Source: Octopus vulgaris
Lineage: Eukaryota
Direction of reading: 5' to 3'
DNA: 64,000 bases
Assembly (NCBI GenBank): GCA_951406725.2
Contig: OX597824.1
Location: 77,624,001-77,688,000, forward strand
Part shown: piece after piece, positions 1 to 13,551 of the stretch
How positions within the stretch are numbered: the stretch's first letter is position 1
Layout of the letters: the number at the start of each line of letters is the position of its first letter
Made by a program: the position numbers and the translations under genes
Notes under the pieces: model-generated
What the model saw: the letters and a program-made list of their open reading frames with translations, nothing else
The model's database searches: none
Told to the model about the DNA's origin: nothing

Positions 1-2180
1 AATGAGACAGCAAAACCAGAAAACTACAGACCTATAACCTGTCTCCCTACAATGTACAAAGCATTTACTACAGTAATATCGCAAAGATTGAACAAGCACC
101 TGGACGAAAACAACCTGTTTCCAGAAGAGCAGAAAGGATGCCGCAAAGGCTCATATGGCTGTAAAGATCAACTAATGATCAATAAAGCTATAACTGAAGA
201 CAGCCACAGAAAGACGAAAGGCCTCAGTATGGCCTGGATCGACTACAAAAAGGCGTTTGATAGCATCCCCCACACATGGATTCTAGAAACACTAACCATG
301 AACAAAGTTGCACCAACAATTATAAAGTACATAGGACACTCTATGAATAAATGGCAAACAGTGTTACAGCTGGGACTCATGAAAACCAAAGCCATCCCCA
401 TTAGAAGAGGAATATTCCAGGGAGATACGCTCTCTCCACTCCTTTTCTGCTTGGCACTGTCACCTCTATCTGATATTCTAAATAGAACTGGATGCGGATA
501 TAAATGTTACGGCAAAACGATCGGCCACCTTCTATATATGGATGACCTAAAACTATACGCTACAAATGACAAACAGCTGGAAACACTACTAAAGGCAGTT
601 CATGGATTTATCAAAGAAATAGATATGAAATTTAGATTAGAGAAATGCGCCAAAGTAACCCTGAAAAGAGGAAAATTAATTAAGAGTAGCAACATCACGC
701 TAGATAAAACCAATGAAATAAAAGAATTATACCAAAGCCATACTTACAAATACTTAGGAATCCATGAACTAGATAAGACACAACACACACAAATGAAAGA
801 GAAAATAAAAAAAGAATATTATAGACGAGTTAGATCAATACTGAAAACAGAGCTCAATGCTAAAAACAAGATAATAGGTATCAACACTTTAGCCGTCTCA
901 GTTATAAGTTACAGCTACAATATCCTTAACTGGACACTAAATGAACTGACCAGAATAGATTGGAAAACAAGAAAAATAATGACAGGATCTAAGAAGCAAC
1001 ACCCAATATCTGACATAGAAAGGCTATATATACAACGTATAGATGGTGGTAGAGGCCTTATACAGCTGGAAAACTACTATAAAATAACCACCATAGGACT
1101 GCAAAAATATTTACTTCAGAAGGAAGGAAAACTGATACAAATAGCGGCAAAACACGAGCAAAACAAAAAACTGTTCTCAGTATTTAAGGAAGCTGACAAA
1201 TACAAACAAGAAATCATACCACCTAACAAATATGAAGAAGAAGAAGAAGAATATGAAGAAACAACAAAAGCTATAAAACAAATGAAATCCAAACTAAAAA
1301 CAGAACAGCAACGAACCATGATAAAACTATGGCAAGAAAAGCCCCTTCATGGCAAATACTGGACTAAACTAAATGCAAAAGAAATAGACAAAGAAAAATC
1401 CCAGCAATGGTTGAGAAGCTCAGGACTCAAAGCAGAGACAGAAGGATTTTTAATTGCAGCACAAGACCAAAGCCTCCTCACCAGAAATTACCAAAAACAT
1501 GTAATGAAAAGAAATATAACAAGTAACTGCAGAATATGTGGAGATGGACAAGAAACAATAAATCATATTATCTCTGGCTGCCCAGTCCTGGCTAAGAAGG
1601 AATATATTCACAGACACGACAGAGTTGGGACATATATACACTGGAAACTATGCCAACATTATGAAATAACAAGAGAAAAGATGGTATAGGCACACACCAG
1701 AAAAGGTCACAGAAAACGAGAAAGCAACCATACTCTGGGATATGCCAATACACACAGATAGAGAAATTAAGGCCAACAGACCAGATATAGTTGTCACACA
1801 TCATGAAGAAAAAAAATGTTTTCTAATTGATGTATCAATACCAGCGGATGACAACGTGTCTCTAAAAGAAATGGAGAAACTTTCAAAATACAAAGACCTG
1901 GAAATAGAGGTAACCAGAATGTGGAATCTAAAAACAGAAACAATTCCTATCATAATAGGCATGATAAAAAAATATTCAGACAAATACATAACAAAAACAC
2001 CAGGACTTACAAACACATATAACATACAGATAATTGCACTACTAGGCACTGCACACATCCTACGCAGAACACTTTCCATACAATAACCATCAGAGCATCA
2101 CAACAAATCACAGCACATACCCAAGGCAGACAGAGCTGCGCTCGGTAGTGAAGTGAAAGCACGATAAAAATAATATACTA

Positions 2181-2184
<4 letters not shown>
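1..2184 (+). mobile_element. R4/Dong-clade non-LTR retrotransposon (RT + CCHC + restriction-like endonuclease), runs off window start, frameshifted
   Basis: Frame open from base 1 (NYRPITCL, QKGC, IDYKKAFDS, GIFQGDTLSP, YMDD); CRICxxxxETINHIISGC zinc motif; frameshift near 1670-1690, then RLE motifs RPDIV..IDV..KxxKY to stop at 2086; short 3'UTR ends in (TAA)n. Confidence 0.92.

Positions 2185-2258
<74 letters not shown>
2184..2258 (+). repeat. (TAA)n microsatellite, Dong tail/target
   Basis: Direct reading. Confidence 0.95.
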
Positions 2259-2261
2259 TGA

Positions 2262-2648
2262 AAAATGTGGCATCTCAAGGCGACTACAGTACCAGTGATT
2301 GTAGGATCCCTAGGAATGATAAAAAAAGGTACTGAAACCTATTTGAAAATGATTCCAGGCTCACCATCCCTACAGGAAGTGCAAAAAATCGTATTAATTG
2401 GAACGGCTCAAGTACTGAGAAGAACACTATCGCTGTGAAAATAACATTCATCCATGAATTTATTTATTTATTAATTTTTAAATACATATTTTATCTGTGA
2501 ATTTGCACGTGTAATGTGGGAATGCATACAATGCCCTTCTCTGCCCTAGGTGTATGGAAAACACTCGGCGAGAAACGGAAGAAAATTTAAAGAAAGAAGG
2601 GGAAAAAATAAATAAATAAATAATAATAATAATAATAATAATAATAAT
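2262..2648 (+). mobile_element. 3' fragment of a second, divergent Dong/R4 family
   Basis: 2262-2438 translates KMWHLKATTVPVIVGSLGMIKKG...VQKIVLIGTAQVLRRTLSL*, homologous to the first element's C-terminus (RMWNLKTETIPIIIG...ILRRTLSIQ*); different 3'UTR; ends in (TAA)n. Confidence 0.85.
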
Positions 2649-2839
2649 CCTTTATATTATCGGTACAAGGCTTGAAATTTTGGGGAGGAGGATACTCAAT
2701 TACATCGAACCCAATAATCAACTAGTATTTATTTTATCTTTACAATATATCAGCCCTCTTTTTTTCTGGCTATATATCCTATTCCTTCACATATGCTGAA
2801 AATAGCAGCCAAAATCTGACTTTAAAACCACCTTAAAAC

Positions 2840-4795
2840 GAGAACGTCGACTCAGAGATATTGCTTGGGCTGAATTAAAAAATCTGGATTCGACTGCAGC
2901 TTTTGAGGTGTACAAAACTCAACGAGACCGAGCCGTGAAAATTGAAAAGAAAGAACGCTTCAGTTATGAATACAAAATCGCGGCAAATGCCAGTAGCAAT
3001 CCAAAAACCTTCTTTGCCCATGTCCAGCGGAATTCCCGCTTGAACAACCAGATTGCAACGTTGGTAGACTCAACAGGCGTATCGATTGAGGACCCTTATC
3101 AACAGAGTCAATTATTTGCCGAGGCTTTTTCAACTATTTTCAAACAAGATGATGGTCGTGAACCCCCTCCATTGATAGATCGGTACCTCCAATGCTTCGA
3201 TTGATCATCACGCGGGACCAAGTCAAACGTGTTATTCAAGGCCTCGATGTCAACAAGGGTCACGGCCCTGACGGCATACACCCACGGGTTATCAAAGCGT
3301 TGGCTCCGGTCATCTGCGAGCCCTTAACACGACTATTCAATATGTCATTGGCGACGGGTGTTATACCTGCAGACTGGAGAACAGCGATAATCTGCCCAAT
3401 TTTCAAGAAAGGGAGCCGCGAAGACCCGCTTAACTACCGACCGATTTCCCTTACATCAATAATCAGCAAGATGTTCGAAACCATCCTTAAGAAAAGTATG
3501 ATGCTCCACCTCCTAAACACAGCCTCGATCGCTGATTCCCAACACGGCTTCGTGCCGAAGAGATCATGCTTCACCAACTTACTAGTAATAGAAGAATTGG
3601 TGACGCGCATCCTCGATGATAGTGATGCTGTTGACATCGTTTTATTGGACTTTGCCAAAGCTTTTGACTCGGTAAACCACCGCCTACTACTTGTCAAGCT
3701 CCAAGCATATAGTTTCCATCCGGATATTGTACGATGGGTTGATGCTTTCCTCTCAGATCGCTCCTTCCAAGTTCAAGTTAATGGTTCGCGGTCCGACGTC
3801 TCCAGTGCGAGCAGTGGCGTGCCTCAAGGTTCAGTGCTTGGGCCCTTGTTGTTCTTAGTCTTCATAAATGACTTGCCCGACGACCTCACGCAACACACCC
3901 TTCTATTTGCCGACGATATCAAACTGGTCGCTCCTCGCGGTAGTATAGAGGATCTTCGTCGATGCCTCCACCAAATTTGGAAGTGGTCTAACGATTGGGA
4001 CCTGTGTCTGAACGTGTCAAAGTGCTGTCATCTGCCTGTCGGCTCTACTCCTGCAACTCAACTTGATTTCGAGCCGGGTCGTCTGCTGCTGGAGAGGACC
4101 GATCAGGTAAAGGACCTGGGTATCTTGGTGGATTCCTCCTTTTCGCCTTCGGCCCAGTGCGTCCATGCTGCCAACAAAGTTCGCGGAATTCTGTTTTTGA
4201 TTCGACGGTCATTCGGAATGCTCACAGCAGCCATATTCCTGCCACTCTATGTCACGCTGGTGAGACCCATATTGGAGTATGGGATTCAAGCCTCTTCTCC
4301 TTATCTCCTCAAAGACATACAGCACCTCGAAAGAGTCCAGAGGCTGGCTACCCGCATGGTTCATGGTCTCAAAAATTTGTCCTACGAAGAAAGGCTGAGG
4401 ACGCTCGACCTTTATTCTCTTGAAAAACGCCGCCGCCGTGGTGATATCATTCTCGCCCACAACATCATAAGCAGGAAGTGTAACCTCTCGAAAGAGCTGT
4501 TCTTCACTCCTGCTCCGGAGCGTCGGCTGCGGGGTCATTCCGAAAAGCTCTACCTGCGACGATTTCATCTCAATCGAAGGAGAGGAGCTTTCTCCGTCCG
4601 GGTTGCAGATCCGTGGAACAAGCTGCCAGACGAGATGGTGAAGATGCCGACGACCGCTTTGTTCAAAGCCTCCCTGGACCTCAAGTGGCCTGAACTCTTT
4701 ACATGAACACCACCCTGTACTTAACTCCATGTCCCCCTACATGGCCTTGCTATTTGCTTTTGAGCCAAATTAACTAACTAACTAACTAACTAACT
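2840..4795 (+). mobile_element. 5'-truncated CR1-clade LINE, RT region nearly intact
   Basis: ORFs 2908-3204 (NPKTFFAHV) and 3192-4706 (GPDGIHP, NYRPISLTS, QHGF, LDFAKAFDSV, GVPQGSVLGP, FADD, LERVQRLATR, LRGH, WNKLP); one frameshift near 3185; (CTAA)n tail 4771-4795. Confidence 0.93.
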
Positions 4796-4873
4796 TAAAT
4801 ATTCATACTGCGCAAGGAGAGAAGACAGAAAGACAAAATAAAATAAAAAAATAAAGCAAAAAATTACTGGATA

Positions 4874-4933
4874 ATTCCAGATTCCTGGATTTCTGGCTTT
4901 GCATTAAGAAATGCTTTGCCTCGTCAGTGGAAT
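4874..4933 (-). ncRNA. Type-I hammerhead ribozyme candidate
   Basis: Minus strand: attcca CTGACGA ggc-aaa-gcatt-tctt-aatgc-aaa-gcc a GAAA tccaggaa TC tggaat; 6-bp stem I, bipartite stem II, imperfect stem III. Confidence 0.7.
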
Positions 4934-5293
4934 ATACACAGAGAGTAACATAAATACATATATATATACATACATATAACATACGAATACTTACATATAC
5001 GATCTTATTCTTATTTATATAAATTATATATATATACATATATATATATATGTTTGATTATAAACATATATATATATATATATCAGTATATGTATATTAT
5101 ATATGTGTGTGTGTATAAGTATATGTATACATACATGAATGCATACATACAAAGACACATATATATATATAGACACATTCATGCATACAGACGTAGATAC
5201 GTACATATGTACATATGTCATTGTATTACTGTATTGAACAGATTATCGGATGTTTCTTTTCACAGCAGATCACAATACGATTCCTTGAGTAAG

Positions 5294-5335
<42 letters not shown>

Positions 5336-5799
5336 CAATACCACAAAACACACACACATACACACGCGCAAAGGGGAAATTAATTTAAGTATTACAGAAC
5401 AGTATTGAAAATCGTAGGAGCGAGTAACTTTATTCCAGTCCTGAATTAGCCATCTATTGCGTCTTACAAATTGTCGACTTCAACCCAATCGATTGCAAAG
5501 GGACGTAATCGAGTTTAAGCTGCACCAAGAAAGTGGATATTTGATAAATAATGCAATAACAATATTCGCTGGTTTTTGATAACACGTTTCAAACATGCTC
5601 TTATAATATTACTGGAAAATATGGTTCTGCATAACTTGTTGACATTCACAGATGTTTTACTCTTAAAATGCTCGGAACTGTGTAAATATCGAGTGTCTGT
5701 GTGCGTGTATAAACGCATATACGAGTGAATGTAGTTTTCTTTGCCACTGACGGGTTTTTATATCTCTCCATTCTTGCATATCACACTGAAACTGTTGAA

Positions 5800-6022
5800 G
5801 CATACATACATACATACATGCATACATACATACACACGTACATACATACATACATACGTACGTACATACATACATTCATACATACATACGTACATACACA
5901 CATACGTACATACATACGTACATACATACGTACATACATACATATGTACATACAGAAATACATCAATACATATACTTACAAACATACTTACATACAGACA
6001 TGTATATATGTATGCATGTATG

Positions 6023-6062
<40 letters not shown>

Positions 6063-6154
6063 TATATATGTATGTATATCTATATTTATATATGTATATA
6101 TTTATATATGTATATATATGTTTGTATATATAAATATGTATATGTACGTATATA

Positions 6155-6189
<35 letters not shown>

Positions 6190-6200
6190 GTGTATATCTA
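5800..6200. repeat. (TACA)n/(TA)n/(TATG)n compound microsatellite
   Basis: Direct reading. Confidence 0.9.
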
Positions 6201-6360
6201 CGTTTTTGCTTATGTATGTAGCGCAAAATTTCGTCAGTGAACAGGTCGCGTTTTCAAAGCGACGAAAATATTTTGACACAAATTAAATTAAAATGTTGAA
6301 GTAAATCTAATGATTTTTGTGTTTGTAAATGGCTTATAAGCACCTTCCACGCTGTAATTG

Positions 6361-6416
<56 letters not shown>

Positions 6417-8328
6417 TCATACCACATACGCATAAAACACACACGCACACACATACACACTCACACACACACTCACACACATTTATATCTATTTACAGCA
6501 ACCCAATGTCAGGAACATTACGTTAACGATGGTGTTTCATTAGCGCCCACGTTTAACATTCACTCACCACGCACGCTTATATTCTATCTCTTCCTCTCTC
6601 ACAGAAACATTCGTGAACACACTAAATGCTCATAAAAGAAACTACATTTCACTTCAAAGTTTTATTATTAACTTATAATCCTTTATCACATCTCTGTTAT
6701 TTTAGAACCCTCCACGGTTAATGCCCTATTCATACACTCCGTCTTAAAATTACATCACTTGTGCAAGCAGCAGACCAAAGTGTAATATCAACTTTTTAAT
6801 AAATTATGCTAAACAGCCACTGAAAAAAAGAACTGAGAGATTTAAGACAAAAAAAAATGTATCGTTATTTGTTATTGCAAAATCTAATACTCTGCATTGC
6901 ATGAAGTTAATTGCCATAGCAATTCATGAAATTACGAAAATCCCCTTAAATGCATATTTGGGCAGCCATTTTGTCAGAAGTTGTTTTAAGCGATAGTGAT
7001 GATAAAAAACAAACAAAAAAAAAAGACCGGAAAAGAAAGAAATGTCAATTCAGACATAATTAACATTGAGCGTTCGATGGTGTGGGGAGTAGAATTTGAA
7101 ATGTTTAGCTGTCATAAAATAAAATGAAATAAAATAACCTAAAAACATCGGGGGACTCGTTTGTAGAACCGGAGCTGAGTGAAAACGATTTAGCTGATAT
7201 GACCACCATAATTTGTAATGGTGGAAAACGCAGTCTGATGTCGATAAACGAGACACGTTGACGACTGGAAAAAAATGTAAAAGAGAGACTACAAATGTCG
7301 AGATTACTAGAAACACATTTCATGAAGAATGATCGTAATACGAATGACAATTTCAAAGAGATACAAAGCAATATATAGTGGCATACAAAAATCCGTTGCA
7401 TTACATTGATTTACAAAGATTAATGACTTGTACGGACACCGCATTTCGTTATGCAACCATTATATACTACAAAGTATATTGAACGAAAGGATATTGAAGT
7501 ATATTCTGCAGCCTGAAATTATAGATTTCATGAGACTGTCGGCTATATTACACATTGAAAATGGTGCGAGAAAATGGAAGAGATTTGAACAAAGAATTTC
7601 TATTGAGAAAAGGAAAATGTAACTGTTTGAATACCTTCAAATGACACCGGCGGTCAATAAGTTGGATCGCATACTGCTTATGACAGGCCATCAAAAGTGA
7701 TGGCAGCGTCGATCCGGAACATTCATGCCCCTCTGCCTCCAGTATATTGTTTCTCAAGGAATAAACTTCAAGAGGCAACGGCGATTAATGAGATGAATAC
7801 TGCATACACAAAAACAATGTCTAAGAATTTGCCACGTAATTTACTACTATACTGATTTTTCGTCAACGATTTCGGCCGTGTTGTGGCACTGACACTGTAG
7901 TGCCTATTTCGATATGGCATTTATTTTATCGAACTTTATTTATCGAAACGCTATCTTGCGCGACACCAATGGACATAACTTAAGGAACGAAACCACTGAT
8001 GTCATTCTAAAACAGAGACGGACGCAGATATCCTCACACACATTCACATATATGCAAACACACGCATAAACATGTACACACAGTCACACACAGACACAGG
8101 CACACACACAGACATACACACAGACACACACAAACTGTGAATACTGAGCAGTTTGATGTTTGAAGGTGGCTTTTAGTGTCAATAAAGGCGGAAATCTCCA
8201 AGAATTCCTACAGTTGATGTCAATGTGAAACTGAATTTTGCAATATCCACCATAAAAATGTTATACAACACACAAATTGAGTACGTTCTCTTTTCGAAGT
8301 GGCAGTACTTACTATTCAGGCACACAAA

Positions 8329-8540
8329 GGCGGTGAGCTGGCAGAATCGTTAGCACTCCGGGAAAAATGTTTAGCGGCATTTCGGCCGTTTACGTTCTGA
8401 GTTCAAACTCCGCTGAAGTCAGTTTTGTCTTTCGTCATTTCGGTGTCGATAAAATGAGCACCCCTTGAGCACTGGGGTCGAATTCATCGACATAAACCCT
8501 CCCTGAAACCTACTGGATTTGTACCAAAATTTCAAACTAG
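8329..8540 (+). mobile_element. Diverged SINE family O (ggcggcgagctggcagaa head, OK-like octopus SINE)
   Basis: Similar to the younger copies at 41.4-42.4k, 53.5k and 59.0k; box-B-like GAGTTCAAA. Confidence 0.7.
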
Positions 8541-8657
8541 TATTCTTGCATACAAGAAAACACACGCAAGCACACATGCGCACACACGCATACACGCACA
8601 CACACAAACACACACATAAACGCAAAAAACACATTCACATTCATCTAAATGTATGTA

Positions 8658-8729
<72 letters not shown>

Positions 8730-8919
8730 TCTGTGTGCATGTGTTTATATGTGTGTACGTTTGGTATAAGATACACATGTGTCTTAGAGTACATATCTCA
8801 AATAATATTTAATGAAAAAAATTTCAACGAGGTAGTTTTTGCAGAAAGTCCGCAATGAATGATCAAAAATTAATTAGAACTTTGTGTGAAGGAAATGGAA
8901 TGTAATGGTGGAATGAGGA

Positions 8920-8952
<33 letters not shown>

Positions 8953-9018
8953 TGTATGTATGTATGTATGTATGTATATATATATATATGTGTGTATGTA
9001 TATATAAATGTATACATA

Positions 9019-9089
<71 letters not shown>

Positions 9090-9403
9090 TAGTGTTGGTG
9101 TGCGTGTGTGTGTTTAATAGACCGTTAACACTAATTTATACACTCGGGGAAAGATATGAGTCCTCAGAAACAACGGTTTAATGTATACACAACTATCTCG
9201 GAATATATATACATTGAAAGACATTAAGTTCTCGACATCAAGAGAGATGCCATCCATCCATCCATACATACATACATACATACATACATACATACATACA
9301 TACATACATACATACATACAAACATACATACATACATACATGCATATATATGTATGTATGTATATATATATATTTGTATATGTGTGTACATGTATGTATA
9401 CAT

Positions 9404-9447
<44 letters not shown>

Positions 9448-9576
9448 ATATAATATAATATAATATAAGGATAAAATCACATTAATGATTTTTATGAGGT
9501 AGTCAGTATGCTATAAAATATTTATAGGTAATTTATACATTAGATTAATAATTATATACATATGTTTATAATTATA

Positions 9577-9960
9577 CTAGCAGTATCGCCCGGCGTTGCT
9601 CAGGTTTGTAAGGGAAATAACTATAAAGCATTTTTAGAGAGTTATAGCTTAAAAATAGCAAAAAAATGGAAAAAAATGATGGTAAATTTTTTTTGAGATT
9701 TAAAAAAGGTGGAGTTGCACCCCCTAGACAGTTTGTGGTTCGTGTTTCTGATTCTCGACCCCATGTCGAATTTATCGATTTTTTTCAGAACTGGGGGAAC
9801 TTTTCAAAATTTTCGCTGCGTTAGTTTTGAATTATGACATTGGGCTATGTGTGTGTCAAGTTTCATCAGAATCGGTTGAAAGCCGTGGTCAGGGTGAGGG
9901 TACAAGCAAACAGACACACAGAAACACGCACAGACAAACTGCCGTTTATATATAGAGAGA
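9577..9960 (-). mobile_element. Non-autonomous Helitron, subfamily 1
   Basis: Minus strand 5'-TC...GC-rich subterminal hairpin...CTAG-3', between A and T, no TSD; near-identical to 61213-61595. Confidence 0.85.
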
Positions 9961-9969
9961 TTAATGGAT

Positions 9970-10425
9970 CAAGGGTGAAAACGACCTATCTCCAACATGC
10001 TTGAAATGCCGATGCACTCAAACACTACCCAAAAACTCCGGATTAAATATACATATGGCCGAAATCGGGATAGTGAATGGATTTAAATTTGACTTATCTG
10101 GGATCTATACGTGCAAATATTTACGTGTAGACGTGCGAATCTGCTTTGTACGGTATGTATAGTTATTTATATTTATATTTCTTGTGTAATGTGTTGGCGA
10201 AGGTTAAAATGCTCGATTTTAGGGCTTTAATCCAGCAATTGCAATTGGACCCAATTCACAATTAACGTGACGTCTTTTTAATATTTTTTCACTATCCCGA
10301 TTTCAGCCTTGTGTACATTTAATCTTTAATATAAGTTTTTGGTAGTGAGTGTCCCGATATTTCAAGCATGTTTTTGCCCTTGCTCTCTTAATATAATTAT
10401 TACATATGTATATATTTACTAATCT

Positions 10426-10498
<73 letters not shown>

Positions 10499-10590
10499 TT
10501 TAGACATATATATATATATATATGTCTAAAGATATATATACATACATATATATATATTAATATATATGTATATATATATATATGTATATA

Positions 10591-10660
<70 letters not shown>

Positions 10661-10727
10661 GATTAGTAAATATATATATGTAATAATTATATTAAGAAGC
10701 AAGGGCAAAAACATGCTTGAAATATCG

Positions 10728-10731
<4 letters not shown>
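9970..10731. repeat. Nested inverted repeats (9970-10078 vs 10288-10382; 10351-10427 vs 10658-10731 around (TA)n)
   Basis: e.g. gtcccgatatttcaagcatgtttttgcccttgc is the reverse complement of gcaagggcaaaaacatgcttgaaatatcgggac. Confidence 0.8.
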
Positions 10732-10794
<63 letters not shown>

Positions 10795-10807
10795 TATATG
10801 CAGTATA

Positions 10808-10993
10808 TCACTTGATCACTTTGACCGACCAGTCCGTCAAGCGTCCATTTGACACCGCTGGTCACAGTACGCTGTCCACTTCTCTCTGGATCGCGCCTTT
10901 CTCATCCACGTGATCCCAATCGTCCTCTTGAAATCGTCACTCCACCGTCGTGGAGGTCTTCCAAGTGGTTTTTTCCGCTCACGCGGGTACCAC
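10808..10993 (-). mobile_element. 3' end of RTE-clade LINE
   Basis: WYPRERKKPLGRPPRRWSDDFK...W..KARSREKW matches the RTE ORF C-terminal motif; short 3'UTR gtgatcaagtga next to (TA)n. Confidence 0.85.
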
Positions 10994-11042
10994 GTGCAGT
11001 ACATATATATATATATGTATATATATTCATATATACACACAC

Positions 11043-11077
<35 letters not shown>

Positions 11078-11124
11078 CATTAATATATGTACGTACGTAT
11101 TTGCTTTAATAATTACGCGTATTT

Positions 11125-12002
11125 ATGTCTCTAGTGACCAATCTCGGTTTAATTGCAAGTTCACTCATAATTTCATCCAGTTGGTTGATGTATACATGCA
11201 CTGTAATTGACTTACCAGGTCTCATGAATCTGTAGTGGATGACGCCAGCGCTGGACCATCAAACAGACGCCATTAGCGTTTTTGGTGCATATTCTTTTGG
11301 GGATTGTGTTTTGGCACTTCGTCTTTATCCAACCACCGTGCAGAGCGCTTGCAATTATTGAAAAGAAACCACTTTTCATTATACGATGCAAAACCAGTTC
11401 GTTTCTATGCCGTGACAGCAAGTTTCAAGAAGATGTGTCATTTGATGTTCGTTCAGTTCGTGCGTTACCCCTATGTCCAGCTTCTTTACCTTACCGATGT
11501 GTTTCAGACGGTCCAATACTGATGAAATCGAAATATCAAACCTTGCTGCTAACTCACGCCTAGTTTGAGATATAGCCGCTTCCACTACAGTTTCCAGCTC
11601 ATCATTATCCACCTTGGTCTCAGGTGTATCACGGGGCTGATTTTCAAGTGTAAAGTCACCAGACCGGAACTTTTAAAACCTTCGACGTACAGTGCACTCA
11701 TTCACCACAGCTTCACCAAACACCTCATTGATGATTCAAGCTGTGTGAGATGCACTGGTTTCACGACGGAGCTCATATTCATAAACAACAGGAATTTTTG
11801 CTCTATCCATGGGTTCACAAAAATTGATTTACAAGAGGAAACTCGCAATATAATCAGAAACCATCAATTGCATTTCGAGAAGTGATGATGTAACTTATCA
11901 ATATCGTAAAACAAAGAATTGTCAGGTTAAAACATTAGAGTTAACGACTATCAAACTTGGTGCATAAGAAAATCGGACGTTTCATTCTTAATGACCTGAT
12001 AT
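11125..12002 (-). mobile_element. Decayed mariner transposon: one end plus N-terminal two-thirds of transposase
   Basis: ATG at 11810: MDRAKIPVVYEYELRR..INEVFGE..KFRSGDFTLENQPR..DNDELETVVE..TRRELAARF..LKHIGKVKKLD..HELNE; later PGKSIT..YINQL; stops and frameshifts; TA-bounded end near 12002. Confidence 0.85.
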
Positions 12003-12423
12003 ATAAAGTACGATTACTTAAGATATCACTATACATCTATATGTATAAGCTTATGTGGTCATGTATTTAATTGTGTATGTATGTTTGTGTATGTATCCAT
12101 GTATGTGTGTATGTATGTATGAATGAATGAATGAATGGATTATGTATGAATATGCATGCGCAGTCAATGCCATCTGGCTATAAAACTCCTCTGCAATCAC
12201 GTAATCTCACCAAGAGGCACGCTGGATAAGATTTTTCTGTTTTAGCCTCCGGCTGATCAAATTTTTATCAGTGTAATTCAATAGATGAAAAGTGTGCAGA
12301 AGCCCGCAGGATATACATACGTACATACAGTCATACAAAAAGACTCAATGCAAAACGAATACAAACTCGTATACACATAAATATACACACTTTTATATAA
12401 TTGCATAAATTTCTAAATCCACA

Positions 12424-12952
12424 CTAGCAGAATACCTGACATAGTTCAGGTTGAAATCTAACCCTATTCAGCCTGGAATTGCTCGTAATGATCGTATATT
12501 AGTTTGAATAACACACTATAGGAATTCTCTTTGAATGCTATCAGTCATTGATGAAAATATATTGCTTTGCTCAGCATTTATAGCCACTGTCAGTCTTATT
12601 CTCTGTTATAAATACGTGTTCAATATGAACAGTATATTTAAGGCAGAAAGCTGGCAGATCTGTAGCAGATCTGGAAACATTCTTCTTAATCTTTTTTTCC
12701 CCCTGTAGAGAATAGGGACTCAACAGTTGTTTTCCACTTTTTGATGTCATTGGCGTGTTTCTTGGCTGCTTCCCATGTCAGGCCGATGGAGTGGCGGTGT
12801 GGTAAGAAGCTTGCTTTCCAACCACATGGTTCCGGTTTCAGTCCCACTGCATGGCAGCTTGGGCAAGTAGCTTCTACAATGGTGTCGTGTAGACCGGGGC
12901 CTTATGAGTGGATTCGATAGACGGGAACTCAAAAAGCCCGTCGTATATATAC

Positions 12953-12983
<31 letters not shown>

Positions 12984-13001
12984 TGTATGTATGTATGTAT
13001 G

Positions 13002-13079
<78 letters not shown>

Positions 13080-13551
13080 CATATAGATATTCGTTTTAAT
13101 GAGCTTCCCGATATATGATATCAGATCTGTATGAGTCATAGCGTTAGAAATTCTTGGCACTTCTGCTGTCAGCACCTTGGGCCCCACGGTTTGATTGGTT
13201 TAACATCAAGAATAGAAAATGGATTGATAATGAGGCATTTGTTTCCAGCACATCTTACATTAATGTAAAGCATGATTTCGGAAGTTGAAGTCTTGTAAAT
13301 ATCAGTGTCTTTGGTAGTTTTTGATTTACATGGTAAATCTTAAGTGAGATGGAAAATCAAAGCATTTTTAAATTGAAAAATACTTCGCTTAGCATAGATG
13401 AAATTCTAAGCATAGTTGCATCTTCTCATTTGGCAATACCAGCACCAGTGAGAATAGGATTCTTGATGATATGTGTCATAAGATTCAAAGTTAATAGTCT
13501 TATGCCACTGCCAAACAGGATCCGGTCTAAATTACACACAAGGATTATTGG
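12424..13551 (-). pseudogene. Decayed Helitron 3' portion: PIF1-like helicase remnant (13265-13551) plus CTAG terminus
   Basis: Minus translation PIILVCNLD..GSGIRLL...ILTGAG..EDATMLRISSMLSEVFFNLKML*FSISL resembles Helitron PIMLLRNL..CNGTRL..ILTG..EDV.IPRI..PF.FKRLQFP; hairpin cctga..tcagg plus CTAG at 12424; SINE fragment 12789-12943 inside. Confidence 0.6.

Noticed and set aside
4157-4730. Overlapping ORFs 4157-4423 (+) and 4209-4730 (-)
   Set aside because: Alternative frames of the GC-rich CR1 RT
6930-7970. Possible decayed DNA transposon or exon
   Set aside because: No TIR, TSD or protein motif I could identify
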